Shown one piece after another: positions 42,225-50,960 of a stretch of 64,000 nucleotides of DNA. Under the pieces are notes generated by a model that saw nothing but the letters and a program-made list of their open reading frames with translations, ran no database searches and was not told the DNA's origin. Both the position numbers and the translations under genes were made by a program. The stretch is from contig CP097974.1 in assembly GCA_023703675.1 (NCBI GenBank), positions 661,288 through 725,287 on the forward strand. Reading direction: 5' to 3'. The DNA is from SAR86 cluster bacterium. Lineage in GTDB: Bacteria > Pseudomonadota > Gammaproteobacteria > Magnimaribacterales > AG-339-G14. Each line of letters opens with the position of its first letter. Position 1 is the stretch's first letter.

Positions 42225-43199
42225 CTATCTTCTTTGGAGTTTAAAACTGTCGAAGATTTTATCTAACTCTTTTTTTGATTTAGTCGCGCAACCCTTTGAA
42301 ACTATCTCTTTAGTTAAGTGCGGAGCAAACATATTGATAAATTCGAAAAGGTGACTCCTAAGATAAGTCCCTCTTCTAAATCCCATGTAAGTGGTTCCAG
42401 AATCGAAAAGATGGTTAGCGTTTATTGCAACCAATTCAGAATCCTCTTCTGGGTTAAAAGCCATACTAGCAATAATTCCTACTCCCGTTCCCATTTTCAC
42501 ATAAGTTTTAATGACATCAGCATCAGTTGCCGTAAAAACTACATTTGCTTTGAGCCCTCTCTCAAAAAAGGCTCTATCCAAATCATTGCTTCCAGTAAAT
42601 CCAAACACGTAAGTCACTATTGGAAATTGTGCAAGATCTTTAAGTTTAATTTTAGGTATTAAAGCGAGTGGATGTTTTTTTGGAACGATGATACTCCTAG
42701 ACCATTTATAGCAAGGTAGTTTAATTAAATTTTCTCCTTTCTCATTGGTTTCAGTCCATAGAGCAAGATCGACTTCTCCCTTTGAGGCCATTTCCACAGA
42801 TTCGTCTGGAGTGCACTGATGCATCTGGAAATGTACATTTGGATATTTTTTTACAAACTTGTCGACCACTTTTGGTAATGTAAATTTAGCTTGAGTATGA
42901 GTAGTAGCGATTGCAAGAGTGCCGTAATCTTCATCAGAAAACTCAGTAGCTGCGTGTTTAATTCCATCTACTAAAGCTAAAATTTCCTCAATTTGCTCAA
43001 GTATTTTTTGTCCTACAGGTGTAATACTCACTAAATGTTTTCCAGATCTTTCAAATAATTCGATACCTAACTCTTCTTCAAGAAGTTTTATTTGCTTACT
43101 GATTCCAGGTTGAGAGGTATAAAGAGTCTTTGAGGCTTGTGAAACATTTAGATTGCTTCTTGCCACTTCTCTTACATATAAAAGTTGCTGAAATTTCAT
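42225..43199 (-). CDS. cysB: LysR-family regulator, CysB type
   Basis: 324 aa, the same length as E. coli CysB. The N-terminus 'MKFQQLLYVREVARSNLNVSQASKTLYTSQPGISKQIKLLEEELGIELFERSGKHL' closely parallels the CysB/Cbl HTH, and 'ATTHTQAKFTLP' is also present. Confidence 0.8.
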   Translation of the reverse strand: MKFQQLLYVREVARSNLNVSQASKTLYTSQPGISKQIKLLEEELGIELFERSGKHLVSITPVGQKILEQIEEILALVDGIKHAATEFSDEDYGTLAIATTHTQAKFTLPKVVDKFVKKYPNVHFQMHQCTPDESVEMASKGEVDLALWTETNEKGENLIKLPCYKWSRSIIVPKKHPLALIPKIKLKDLAQFPIVTYVFGFTGSNDLDRAFFERGLKANVVFTATDADVIKTYVKMGTGVGIIASMAFNPEEDSELVAINANHLFDSGTTYMGFRRGTYLRSHLFEFINMFAPHLTKEIVSKGCATKSKKELDKIFDSFKLQRR

Positions 43200-43289
43200 A
43201 AATTCTTATTGCTTATCGCTATATATAAGTGATTCTAAACAAGTTTTTAGATATATCAAATAAAAAAATAGTGCATGACATTATAATTA

Positions 43290-43309
43290 TACTGTATATA
43301 ATTACAGTA
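43290..43309 (+). promoter_or_regulatory. LexA operator (SOS box) TACTGTATATAATTACAGTA
   Basis: It is a perfect CTGT-N8-ACAG gammaproteobacterial SOS box, palindromic over 20 nt. Its last base is the A of the lexA ATG (43309). A TATAAT lies at 43282-43287 just upstream. Confidence 0.85.
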
Positions 43310-43908
43310 TGAACTCTCTTACAGTTAGGCAAAAAGAAATATTTGAATTTATAAAATCAAAAATATCAGATGAAGGTTACCCTCCAACAAGGATGGAAAT
43401 CTCTAATTACTTTGGGTTCAAATCTCCAAATGCTGCTGAAGATCACCTTAAAGCTCTTAAAAAGAAAGGTTTTATAGAAATCCTTTCTGGAACTTCTAGG
43501 GGAATATCTTTAAGTAATATCGATGAAGGAATACCTGTTATTGGTTTGGTTAGTGCTGGAAGTCCAATGCTCTCAGAAGAAAATGTAGAAAAAAGAATTC
43601 CTCCTCATCCTATCTCTTCGCATGGCGTAGACTATTATCTTCGTGTTAAAGGCGACAGTATGATTGATGTTGGAATTTTTGAAAACGATCTCATTGCCGT
43701 CAATAAAGACTTAAACATAAAAAAAGGATCAATAGTAATAGCAAGAATTGATGACGAAGTTACAGTCAAAACTCTTAAAGAATTTTCAGCCAATAAAGTT
43801 ATTCTCAAGGCTGAGAATCCAAACTACAAGGATATTATTGTTAATCCTAATAATATCACTTTTGATTTTGAAGGAACTTGCGTTGGTTTGATTAGAAACA
43901 TTTCTTAG
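43309..43908 (+). CDS. lexA: LexA repressor
   Basis: 199 aa with a winged-HTH N-terminus 'YPPTRMEISNYFGFKSPNAAEDHLKAL' and the cleavage region 'LVSAGSP'. It also has the Ser nucleophile 'VKGDSMID' and the Lys motif 'VTVKTL'. Confidence 0.93.
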   Translation: MNSLTVRQKEIFEFIKSKISDEGYPPTRMEISNYFGFKSPNAAEDHLKALKKKGFIEILSGTSRGISLSNIDEGIPVIGLVSAGSPMLSEENVEKRIPPHPISSHGVDYYLRVKGDSMIDVGIFENDLIAVNKDLNIKKGSIVIARIDDEVTVKTLKEFSANKVILKAENPNYKDIIVNPNNITFDFEGTCVGLIRNIS

Positions 43909-46442
43909 CTAATTAAACTAAATTTTTCTATACCAAAAGTCTTTTTAATTAAATCTATCTTTTCCTCATCTTCAAGTTTATAAAAATCATTTTGACATTC
44001 CACCTCAACGTCACCGCATTTTAGATATTTAACAAACTTAAAAGCTTTGCCGGGTTTTTTAATTTTAATTCCAATTGGTCTTGAAGAGTCGGGATGAAAA
44101 CCTAAAATTCTTAAACTTTTCATAACAAAAATTTGCGTGTCTTTATTTATGTAGTCTAACTCGTGTGGATTATAGTAAGTCACTTTAGGATTTTTAGGTT
44201 TGTCTTCTGGGGGAAGTTTAGTTGCCTTATTAAAACCATCAAACTCTGTGTATTCTCCAAACCTACCATTCTTTAAAAGCACAGGTAGATTACTGTTAGG
44301 TTCTGTAAATAAAATATTTTCTCCTGAGTCTCGCTCTATTAAATCAACAGCTCTATTAAGACCTATCTCCATTAAATCTTCGTCTTCGTCTGGTGCTCCA
44401 TATATTTTTTTTTCATCTTTAGTTGTCCAAACACAAGGTCCATTAATGCTCAAATCAGCAAAAATCATACTTCCGTAATCTGGATGCAGGCCTATTTCTT
44501 TTGGCAATTCTTGGTAAGTCTCCCATTTAATAGAGTTATCAAATGGTTTTTTGGTCCATTTACAAGACGAACATCCTACGAAATAACCCCATGAACCAGA
44601 TTTCAAACTAACCTCTTCTCCACATTTAGGACATGACCTAGTCACAGTTCCATCCTCTTTGGTCGGAAAAACTTGATGAAATAATTCTTGATTCAGAATG
44701 TCAAGAACCTGTCTTGTTTTGAATTCTTCTTTATTGCTAATTTCAACTTCATCAACCTTTTTATTCAAATAACTTTGCAATAATTCCCAAAATTTATCCA
44801 AAACATCTGTCCAAGAGATTTCTCCTGAAGAAATTTTATCTAAATCTTTTTCCATATCTGCGGTGAATTTATCTTCAATAAAAAAATCTTTAAAAATAAA
44901 TTTTAAATAAGAACTAAGAACTCTACCTAGATCTGAAGGAGTTATGCTTTTAGCCCCATAAGTATATTTTTTTTCTCTTAAATTTTTGAGAATTGAAGCA
45001 TAAGTTGATGGCCTTCCAATGCCTTCTTCCTCCATCTTTTTAATCAATGATGCTTCTGAATATCTTCTTGGAGGGGTAGTAAATTTTTGCTCAAAATTAA
45101 TTTCTTTCAAAATTAATTCTTCTTGCTCTTTAAGATTTTCAGGAAATTCAGTAGCAGTTTCATCTGCATCTTCTTCTTTTGTCAGCAATTCAAAACCTAA
45201 AAATAAATTCTTCCTTGACGATGCTCTAAAGATATATTTTTCATCCTTTGAGGAAATTATTAGAGTTTTTCTCTCATACTTAGAATTAGACATTTGGCTT
45301 GCTAAAGTTCTATTCCATATTAAGGAATAGAGCTTCATCTCATCTCCTGCTAATTTTGCTTTTGATGGTTTTATGGAAAAATCAGTAGGCCTTATAGGTT
45401 CATGAGCTTCCTGAGAATTTGCTGCTTTTGATTTATAAATTTTTGGTTTCTCAGATAAGTATTTTTCTCCATATTCGCTAGAAATGAAATTTCTTAAATC
45501 ATTGAGAATGTCATTACTTATTGAAATTCCGTCAGTTCTCAAGTAAGTAATTAATCCATCTTCGTATAACTTTTGAGCCACTCTCATGGTTCTATCTGCC
45601 GTGAAAGATAGCTTGCTTGAAGCAGCCTGCTGCAGTGTCGATGTTCTAAAAGGTGCTTTTGATGAATTGCTTTGGGGTTTAGATTCTATTTCCTTTAAAT
45701 AAAAAGATTGCGAATTTAATTCGTTTTCAATTTGCTTAGCCTCCGTTTCATTAGAGACTCTTTTTTTTTCTATTTTTTCACCGTTAATGCTTGTGAGATC
45801 TGCATCAACCTGAAAATCTTTATAATTAAATTTTCCACTAAAAGGCCAATACTCTTCTGGAATGAAAGCGTCAATCTCGTCTTCTTTTTCACAAACAATC
45901 CTCAAAGATGGAGATTGAACTCTTCCTGCTGATTTTGCTCTTGAAATATGTCGCCATAAAAATGGGGAGACTTTAAACCCTATCAAATGATCTAGGATTC
46001 TTCTAGCCAAATAAGCTTCAACTAGATTTTGATCAATCTCTCTAGGATTTTTTATAGCTTCTTCGATAGCAGAAGGTGTAATTTCAGTAAAACTTATTCT
46101 AGAAACAGATTTATCTTTTAATAGTTTTTTCTTTTCAAATTTATTATTTAAATGCCAAGCTATTGCTTCGCCTTCTCGGTCGGGATCTGTTGCTAGAAAA
46201 ATTGAATCATTTTCTTTGCAAAGTTTAGTTAATTCTCTTATTACCTTCTTTCCTTTTGTGGTATCGGCCCATTTTAAATCCTCCCAGTTATCTGGATTAA
46301 CAGCCTTTTCTTCATTGGGTAAATCGCAAATATGCCCTAGACATGCATTGACTTGCCAATTATCTTCAGGAAATTTTGAATCCAGATAGCCTTTTATCTT
46401 TGAAGCCTTGGCATTAGATTCAACTATAACTAAATTATTCAT
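43905..46442 (-). CDS. topA: DNA topoisomerase I
   Basis: 845 aa with Toprim motifs 'LVIVESNAKASKI' and 'ATDPDREGEAIAWH' and the catalytic Tyr motif 'ITYLRTDG'. The C-terminus has a zinc ribbon 'CPKCG...CSSC'. Confidence 0.97.
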   Translation of the reverse strand: MNNLVIVESNAKASKIKGYLDSKFPEDNWQVNACLGHICDLPNEEKAVNPDNWEDLKWADTTKGKKVIRELTKLCKENDSIFLATDPDREGEAIAWHLNNKFEKKKLLKDKSVSRISFTEITPSAIEEAIKNPREIDQNLVEAYLARRILDHLIGFKVSPFLWRHISRAKSAGRVQSPSLRIVCEKEDEIDAFIPEEYWPFSGKFNYKDFQVDADLTSINGEKIEKKRVSNETEAKQIENELNSQSFYLKEIESKPQSNSSKAPFRTSTLQQAASSKLSFTADRTMRVAQKLYEDGLITYLRTDGISISNDILNDLRNFISSEYGEKYLSEKPKIYKSKAANSQEAHEPIRPTDFSIKPSKAKLAGDEMKLYSLIWNRTLASQMSNSKYERKTLIISSKDEKYIFRASSRKNLFLGFELLTKEEDADETATEFPENLKEQEELILKEINFEQKFTTPPRRYSEASLIKKMEEEGIGRPSTYASILKNLREKKYTYGAKSITPSDLGRVLSSYLKFIFKDFFIEDKFTADMEKDLDKISSGEISWTDVLDKFWELLQSYLNKKVDEVEISNKEEFKTRQVLDILNQELFHQVFPTKEDGTVTRSCPKCGEEVSLKSGSWGYFVGCSSCKWTKKPFDNSIKWETYQELPKEIGLHPDYGSMIFADLSINGPCVWTTKDEKKIYGAPDEDEDLMEIGLNRAVDLIERDSGENILFTEPNSNLPVLLKNGRFGEYTEFDGFNKATKLPPEDKPKNPKVTYYNPHELDYINKDTQIFVMKSLRILGFHPDSSRPIGIKIKKPGKAFKFVKYLKCGDVEVECQNDFYKLEDEEKIDLIKKTFGIEKFSLIS

Positions 46443-46450
46443 CCTTTTTT

Positions 46451-46480
46451 AATATGTGACAAATGAATATATCTTGTCAA
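46451..46480 (-). promoter_or_regulatory. candidate topA promoter (TTGACA, 18-nt spacer, CATATT) overlapped by inverted repeat TGACAA-N11-TTGTCA
   Basis: Minus-strand read: TTGACAAGATATATTCATTTGTCACATATTAAAAAAGG-ATG. It has a perfect -35, a 4/6 -10, and only 8 nt between the -10 and the ATG. The inverted-repeat arms lie at 46457-46462 and 46474-46479. Confidence 0.35.
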
Positions 46481-46482
46481 GT

Positions 46483-47484
46483 TTATTGAATTTCAAGACT
46501 TTCTTTTAATAAATCAGTCCCTCGAAATATAAATCCTGTATAAAGCTGAATTAAATCAGCTGATAATTTGAACCTTTTTTCTACATCTTCTTTTGTCATA
46601 AGCCCTCCCGACGAAATTAAAGTTAAATTCTCGCCACAAATACTCCTAGCAAAGCTCAGATTTTTTTCAGAAAGATTCTTAATATAATTTCCGCTGATCC
46701 CACCTTTCACATCTTTATAATGATTAATAGAAGTATTGTTAATAATGAGGCCATCTACATTGGTTTCCATACTTTTTACTAAAATTTTTTCAAAATTTTC
46801 TTCAGATTCGTCAGGAGAGATTTTTAACAGTATAGGTTTTCCCGTATCAGCTCCTTTAGCTAGTTGCTCTCTTTTATTCATAACTTTTTCAATAAGACTT
46901 GAAAAATAATCACTTAAGGAAAGATTCCTTAAATTTTCTGTATTAGGAGATGAAATATTCACTGCAATATAATCGGCATGTTGATAGACGTAATCAATTA
47001 AGTGTAAGTAATCTTTGAAGGCATCTTCAATTTTTGTTTCTTTACTTTTTCCGATACTAATTCCTAAGATTCCATTAAAGGAACGTTTATTTTTTTCAAT
47101 ATTTTTTATACCTTCATAAACTCCTACGTTATTAAATCCTAGAGAGTTAACAATATTTTTCTCCTTCATAAATCTATGAATACGTGGTTTAGGATTTCCC
47201 TTTTGTGGTTTCAGAGTTAGAGTTCCCACTTCGATAAAACCAAAACCCAAAGCATTTAAGATATGAAAATATTCTGCATTTTTATCCAAACCACCGGCGA
47301 TTCCGATTCTATTAGGAAAAGTTAAATCCATTTTTTGAATTGATTCAACACCTTTTTGATTAGTGCTCAAAGCACCATGCATACCAATTCGATAAAGTAT
47401 TTCCAAACTCTTTAAACTTAACTTACTACTGATTTCAGGCGGGAAAAAATGGGCTAACGATAAACCTAATTTATTTAAAAACAC
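46483..47484 (-). CDS. pyrD: dihydroorotate dehydrogenase (quinone), class 2
   Basis: 333 aa with the class-2 N-terminal extension, 'NRIGIAGGLDKN' and 'GGLMTKED'. Confidence 0.92.
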   Translation of the reverse strand: MFLNKLGLSLAHFFPPEISSKLSLKSLEILYRIGMHGALSTNQKGVESIQKMDLTFPNRIGIAGGLDKNAEYFHILNALGFGFIEVGTLTLKPQKGNPKPRIHRFMKEKNIVNSLGFNNVGVYEGIKNIEKNKRSFNGILGISIGKSKETKIEDAFKDYLHLIDYVYQHADYIAVNISSPNTENLRNLSLSDYFSSLIEKVMNKREQLAKGADTGKPILLKISPDESEENFEKILVKSMETNVDGLIINNTSINHYKDVKGGISGNYIKNLSEKNLSFARSICGENLTLISSGGLMTKEDVEKRFKLSADLIQLYTGFIFRGTDLLKESLEIQ

Positions 47485-47489
47485 TTTTA

Positions 47490-49301
47490 TTAATCGCCAA
47501 TAGCATCTATCGCAGCAAGCGAAGTAATCAAACTTGAAAAAATTGGAAGAACCGACCTCCAGAATGAAAGTCTTGAAAGACTTGTAGTATCCCTGTTAAC
47601 AATTATGGTGGAACCAGGAAGAATTTTGTCTTGCTTGAATTTGAAAAATGATGAGGGTCTTAAAGCTTGACCATTAGGCAAAATAACTAAAAGTTGATCT
47701 TCAGCAGCTGCAGAAGTGAATCCTCCCGCTAAATCTATGTAATCATAAACGGATAGATTTTCTGAATGGACAAAAGTAGCAGGCGCAAGAACCTGACCGG
47801 TTACAGAAACTGTCGAGGATTTCTTTGGGATAATAATTTGATCTTGATCTAATAAAATTAAATCTAGATCATCGTTTCTGGCTAGTTGATTCAAATCAAA
47901 GGTTGCTACTATTCTTCCAACTGGCTCTGCTTCCTTGAGTCTTTTAATGATATTGCCTAAAAGGTCTAACGCTAAACTTGCATCTTCCATTTCTTGAAGT
48001 GAGCCGGTTGTAATAGATGAAACAATTCCATCTTCAAGTTGATCAGCTGTAGCAGACAAGGCCTTTTTCTCACTTTCTGCAACCTTTTGTCTTAAAAAAA
48101 TTCCTGCTTCGATATAAGCTTGTTCATTAAATCCTCCTGCTTTTGTAATTAGGTCCGACAATCTCTCCCCTGGGTTAAGAGGATAAATACCAGGGTTTTG
48201 CACTTCACCTTTGATCGAAACTAAATTTAATTGATCGTTATTTGGGTCCAAGGCAACTAGACTTTTTTTGTGTATAAAAACTGAATCGCCATCACTCAAT
48301 ATTAAATTTTTTGCTTCTGAAATTGTTAGCTCCTCCCTTAAGGTATCTCCAATATTAGAGATTCTAGTAACAACAATTCTATTCTCATCTGCGTATAAGT
48401 TTAATCCCGAAGCAAAATTTAAAAGGTTAATAAAATTTTCGTCCTCTTTAAGTTCGTAAATTGCTGGTCTATTTACCTCTCCAAAAATTTTGATACTTTT
48501 GCGTATAGGATTGATTAATAGTGCATCACCAGATTGTATTTTTAAATTTTGGTTAGTATTTCCCTTGATAAAAAGTTCATAAAAATCATAAATGCCAACC
48601 AGTTTATTATTTCTTCTCAATTCAATATTCCTCAGAGAACCAGCATTAGTTGGACCACCAGAATTAAAAAGAACATTTGAAATTGTCGAAAGAGGATTCA
48701 TTATGTAAGAACCAGGATTTTTAGCATTACCGGTCACAAAAATCTCAATAGATCTTAAGTTAATTAAGGACATTGATATCGAAGTCCCAATTAAAGTTGC
48801 CTCACTTATTTTAGAAAGTTCTTCTTTAGCTTCAGAAAATGACAAACCAGAAAAATTAATAGAACCTAACTCAGATACAAAAACTTCACCTTCTCGATCA
48901 ATAGTTGAATCAATAGTTTTTTTTATACTTCCAGAAAAATTGAACCTTAACTCATCGCCAGGTCCCAAGATGTAATTTGCAGGAGCAGCCTTAACCTCTA
49001 AAGGAGTTTGATCTGAAATATCTTCAAATAAATCGTATCCAAAACGTTTTACAATTTCAGATCCATATTCATCAAATTCAATTTCTTCTTCAGATTTTAA
49101 ATATTCTATATATTCGTCAATGTCGTCTTCTGAATCTTCTATTTTAGGAGAAATAGTTGAATCAATAATACTATTCTGTTTCTCCATTCTTTCTAGAACA
49201 GATTTTCTTATTTCAGGAGGAAGATTATCCAAATCTGCCATAGATTGAGAATTTAAGATTCCTATAAAACAAATAAGGAATATGAGTCTAAATTTATTCA
49301 T
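47490..49301 (-). CDS. polysaccharide export protein (Wza/KpsD-like, multiple SLBB domains)
   Basis: 603 aa with a signal peptide. It has the Poly_export-type segment 'YILGPGDELRFNFSG' and repeated SLBB-like units ('GEVNRPAIYEL', 'GEVQNPGIYPL', 'TGQVLAPATF'). The C-terminus is hydrophobic, 'VLPIFSSLITSLAAIDAIG'. Confidence 0.75.
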   Translation of the reverse strand: MNKFRLIFLICFIGILNSQSMADLDNLPPEIRKSVLERMEKQNSIIDSTISPKIEDSEDDIDEYIEYLKSEEEIEFDEYGSEIVKRFGYDLFEDISDQTPLEVKAAPANYILGPGDELRFNFSGSIKKTIDSTIDREGEVFVSELGSINFSGLSFSEAKEELSKISEATLIGTSISMSLINLRSIEIFVTGNAKNPGSYIMNPLSTISNVLFNSGGPTNAGSLRNIELRRNNKLVGIYDFYELFIKGNTNQNLKIQSGDALLINPIRKSIKIFGEVNRPAIYELKEDENFINLLNFASGLNLYADENRIVVTRISNIGDTLREELTISEAKNLILSDGDSVFIHKKSLVALDPNNDQLNLVSIKGEVQNPGIYPLNPGERLSDLITKAGGFNEQAYIEAGIFLRQKVAESEKKALSATADQLEDGIVSSITTGSLQEMEDASLALDLLGNIIKRLKEAEPVGRIVATFDLNQLARNDDLDLILLDQDQIIIPKKSSTVSVTGQVLAPATFVHSENLSVYDYIDLAGGFTSAAAEDQLLVILPNGQALRPSSFFKFKQDKILPGSTIIVNRDTTSLSRLSFWRSVLPIFSSLITSLAAIDAIGD

Positions 49302-50142
49302 CTAAGTTAATTAGTGGTTGCCCCCATGACAATTTGGTTCTACAAGCTTCAAAATAATCATAATCTAAAGGATGCATCAACGTATAGCTATTTTTATTTC
49401 TTGAAATAGTAATTTCAGACCCTTGATAAACTTCAAGATCTTCCCTGCCATCAACAACTATCGAAGCTTCGACAGAACTTTTTAATTTTATTTTTAAGTC
49501 TTTATCGTTGGGGAGCACGAGAGGATTTGAAGAAGAGCTTTGCGAAAACATTGGTAAAATTGCAAATATTTCTTCTGTTGGATAGATAATAGGCCCTCCT
49601 CCAGAAAAGAAATAACCTGATGATCCCGTTGCAGTGGATACGATAACACCATCTGATTTATGTTTAGAAATTAGCTTTTCTTCTTGAAAAATTGAAAAAT
49701 TAAGCATCTTCGCAACAGTTCCAGAATGAAAGACTACCTCATTTATTCCTGTCAAAAAGTCGGAATTGTCTACTTTGATGCTTAACGAAGGTCTTTTTTC
49801 TAATAAATAATCGCCTGAAAATACTTTTGGTAAAGTTTTAAATATAGAATCTACGCTTAGGTCTGTTAAAAAACCTAATCTTCCAATGTTTATTCCAAGC
49901 ATAGGAATTTCATTTTCAATCAAATTCGCAATAGTTCTTATCATTGTTCCATCTCCGCCAATGACTATAACCAAATTAGACTTACTACTTTTGATTGATT
50001 TGTCTATATCATTTTCATTGACTGGGTGAGTGCCTTTAACGTCAATGTTCATTGATTTAGCAGTTTTAAGACATTGATCTAAAGCCTCTTTGAAATTTCT
50101 TGATGCAGAATGAACTATAGAAATTGCTTTTATTGGTTCCAT
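49294..50142 (-). CDS. nadK: NAD kinase
   Basis: 282 aa with 'VIGGDGTM' and 'STATGSSGY'. Confidence 0.92.
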   Translation of the reverse strand: MEPIKAISIVHSASRNFKEALDQCLKTAKSMNIDVKGTHPVNENDIDKSIKSSKSNLVIVIGGDGTMIRTIANLIENEIPMLGINIGRLGFLTDLSVDSIFKTLPKVFSGDYLLEKRPSLSIKVDNSDFLTGINEVVFHSGTVAKMLNFSIFQEEKLISKHKSDGVIVSTATGSSGYFFSGGGPIIYPTEEIFAILPMFSQSSSSNPLVLPNDKDLKIKLKSSVEASIVVDGREDLEVYQGSEITISRNKNSYTLMHPLDYDYFEACRTKLSWGQPLINLDE

Positions 50143-50145
50143 TAC

Positions 50146-50883
50146 TTAATTAGACACTAAAATTTGATCTTTTCTTATATTTTTTACCAGATAAATAAAA
50201 AAAGTATCAACAATTGCTATAAAAAATTTAAACACATATTTAGTAAGAGAAATACCTAATGCGGTATAGAAATCTAGTTCTCCTGCTATAACCCATACAA
50301 AGGTATAAATAAAAGTATCTAACGCTTGAGATAAAAGAGTAGAAACATTATTTCTTAGCCAAAGCATTTTCTCGCCAGTTAAAGTACGAATTTTATGAAA
50401 AACCCATACATCAAAACTTTGACTTATCAAATAAGCAGTCAAAGAACCTATTACAAAAATAGGAGAATAAACTGCCAATGTAGAAATAGCGTCATGCACG
50501 GATGAAGCGGAACTGCTTACATTTGAAGGAGGGTATAAAGTGCTTAGAACTAGCGTAAGCATGACTACCACATTTGCTACAGCTCCTATGATCACTGCTT
50601 TGGTAGCCTCTGCTCTGCCATATTTTTCATTGAGTAAGTCGGTAGCAAAATAAATCCCTGAATACATAATGGCCCCCATACTAACGGTGAAAGTCATACC
50701 AAATACTTCTAAATCACTTACCTTCCCGCCTTGCAAATTTCCCAACACAATCCCTAGGACCACTGCAATATAAAGTCCTTCTTTGCCAAAAAAATAGAAA
50801 AGGAGAATAGCTAAGGTCAAGTCATAAAGAACAGTAAAGATCCATAAAGCCTCAGGATTATTGTAAAAAAATTCTAAGCTCAT
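50146..50883 (-). CDS. yhhQ: queuosine-precursor transporter (YhhQ/Vut family)
   Basis: I take the start at ATG 50883; the ORF-track start at 50886 is a TTG one codon upstream. It is polytopic, and 'LWLRNNVSTLLSQALDTFIY' matches the YhhQ signature from memory. Confidence 0.75.
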   Translation of the reverse strand: MSLEFFYNNPEALWIFTVLYDLTLAILLFYFFGKEGLYIAVVLGIVLGNLQGGKVSDLEVFGMTFTVSMGAIMYSGIYFATDLLNEKYGRAEATKAVIIGAVANVVVMLTLVLSTLYPPSNVSSSASSVHDAISTLAVYSPIFVIGSLTAYLISQSFDVWVFHKIRTLTGEKMLWLRNNVSTLLSQALDTFIYTFVWVIAGELDFYTALGISLTKYVFKFFIAIVDTFFIYLVKNIRKDQILVSN

Positions 50884-50960
50884 CAATTTTTTATTATGGG
50901 TTGATCAATTTACTGGCTTAGTTTAACTTATATTGTCTAAATTATTTAAGAGGTGTATTT

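Noticed and set aside
42318-42662. A 114-aa plus-strand ORF inside cysB.
   Set aside because: It is antisense to a full-length, strongly CysB-like ORF and has no independent signals.
50884-50960. A possible preQ1 riboswitch upstream of the YhhQ-type queuosine-precursor transporter, which is a common association.
   Set aside because: The minus-strand leader reads ...GATCAACCCATAATAAAAAATTG-ATG and so has a CCC followed by an A-rich tail. However, I could not find the complementary 5' strand (ATGGGT-like) needed for P1, nor the loop/tail P2 pairing. A covariance-model scan (Rfam preQ1-I/II/III) would settle it.
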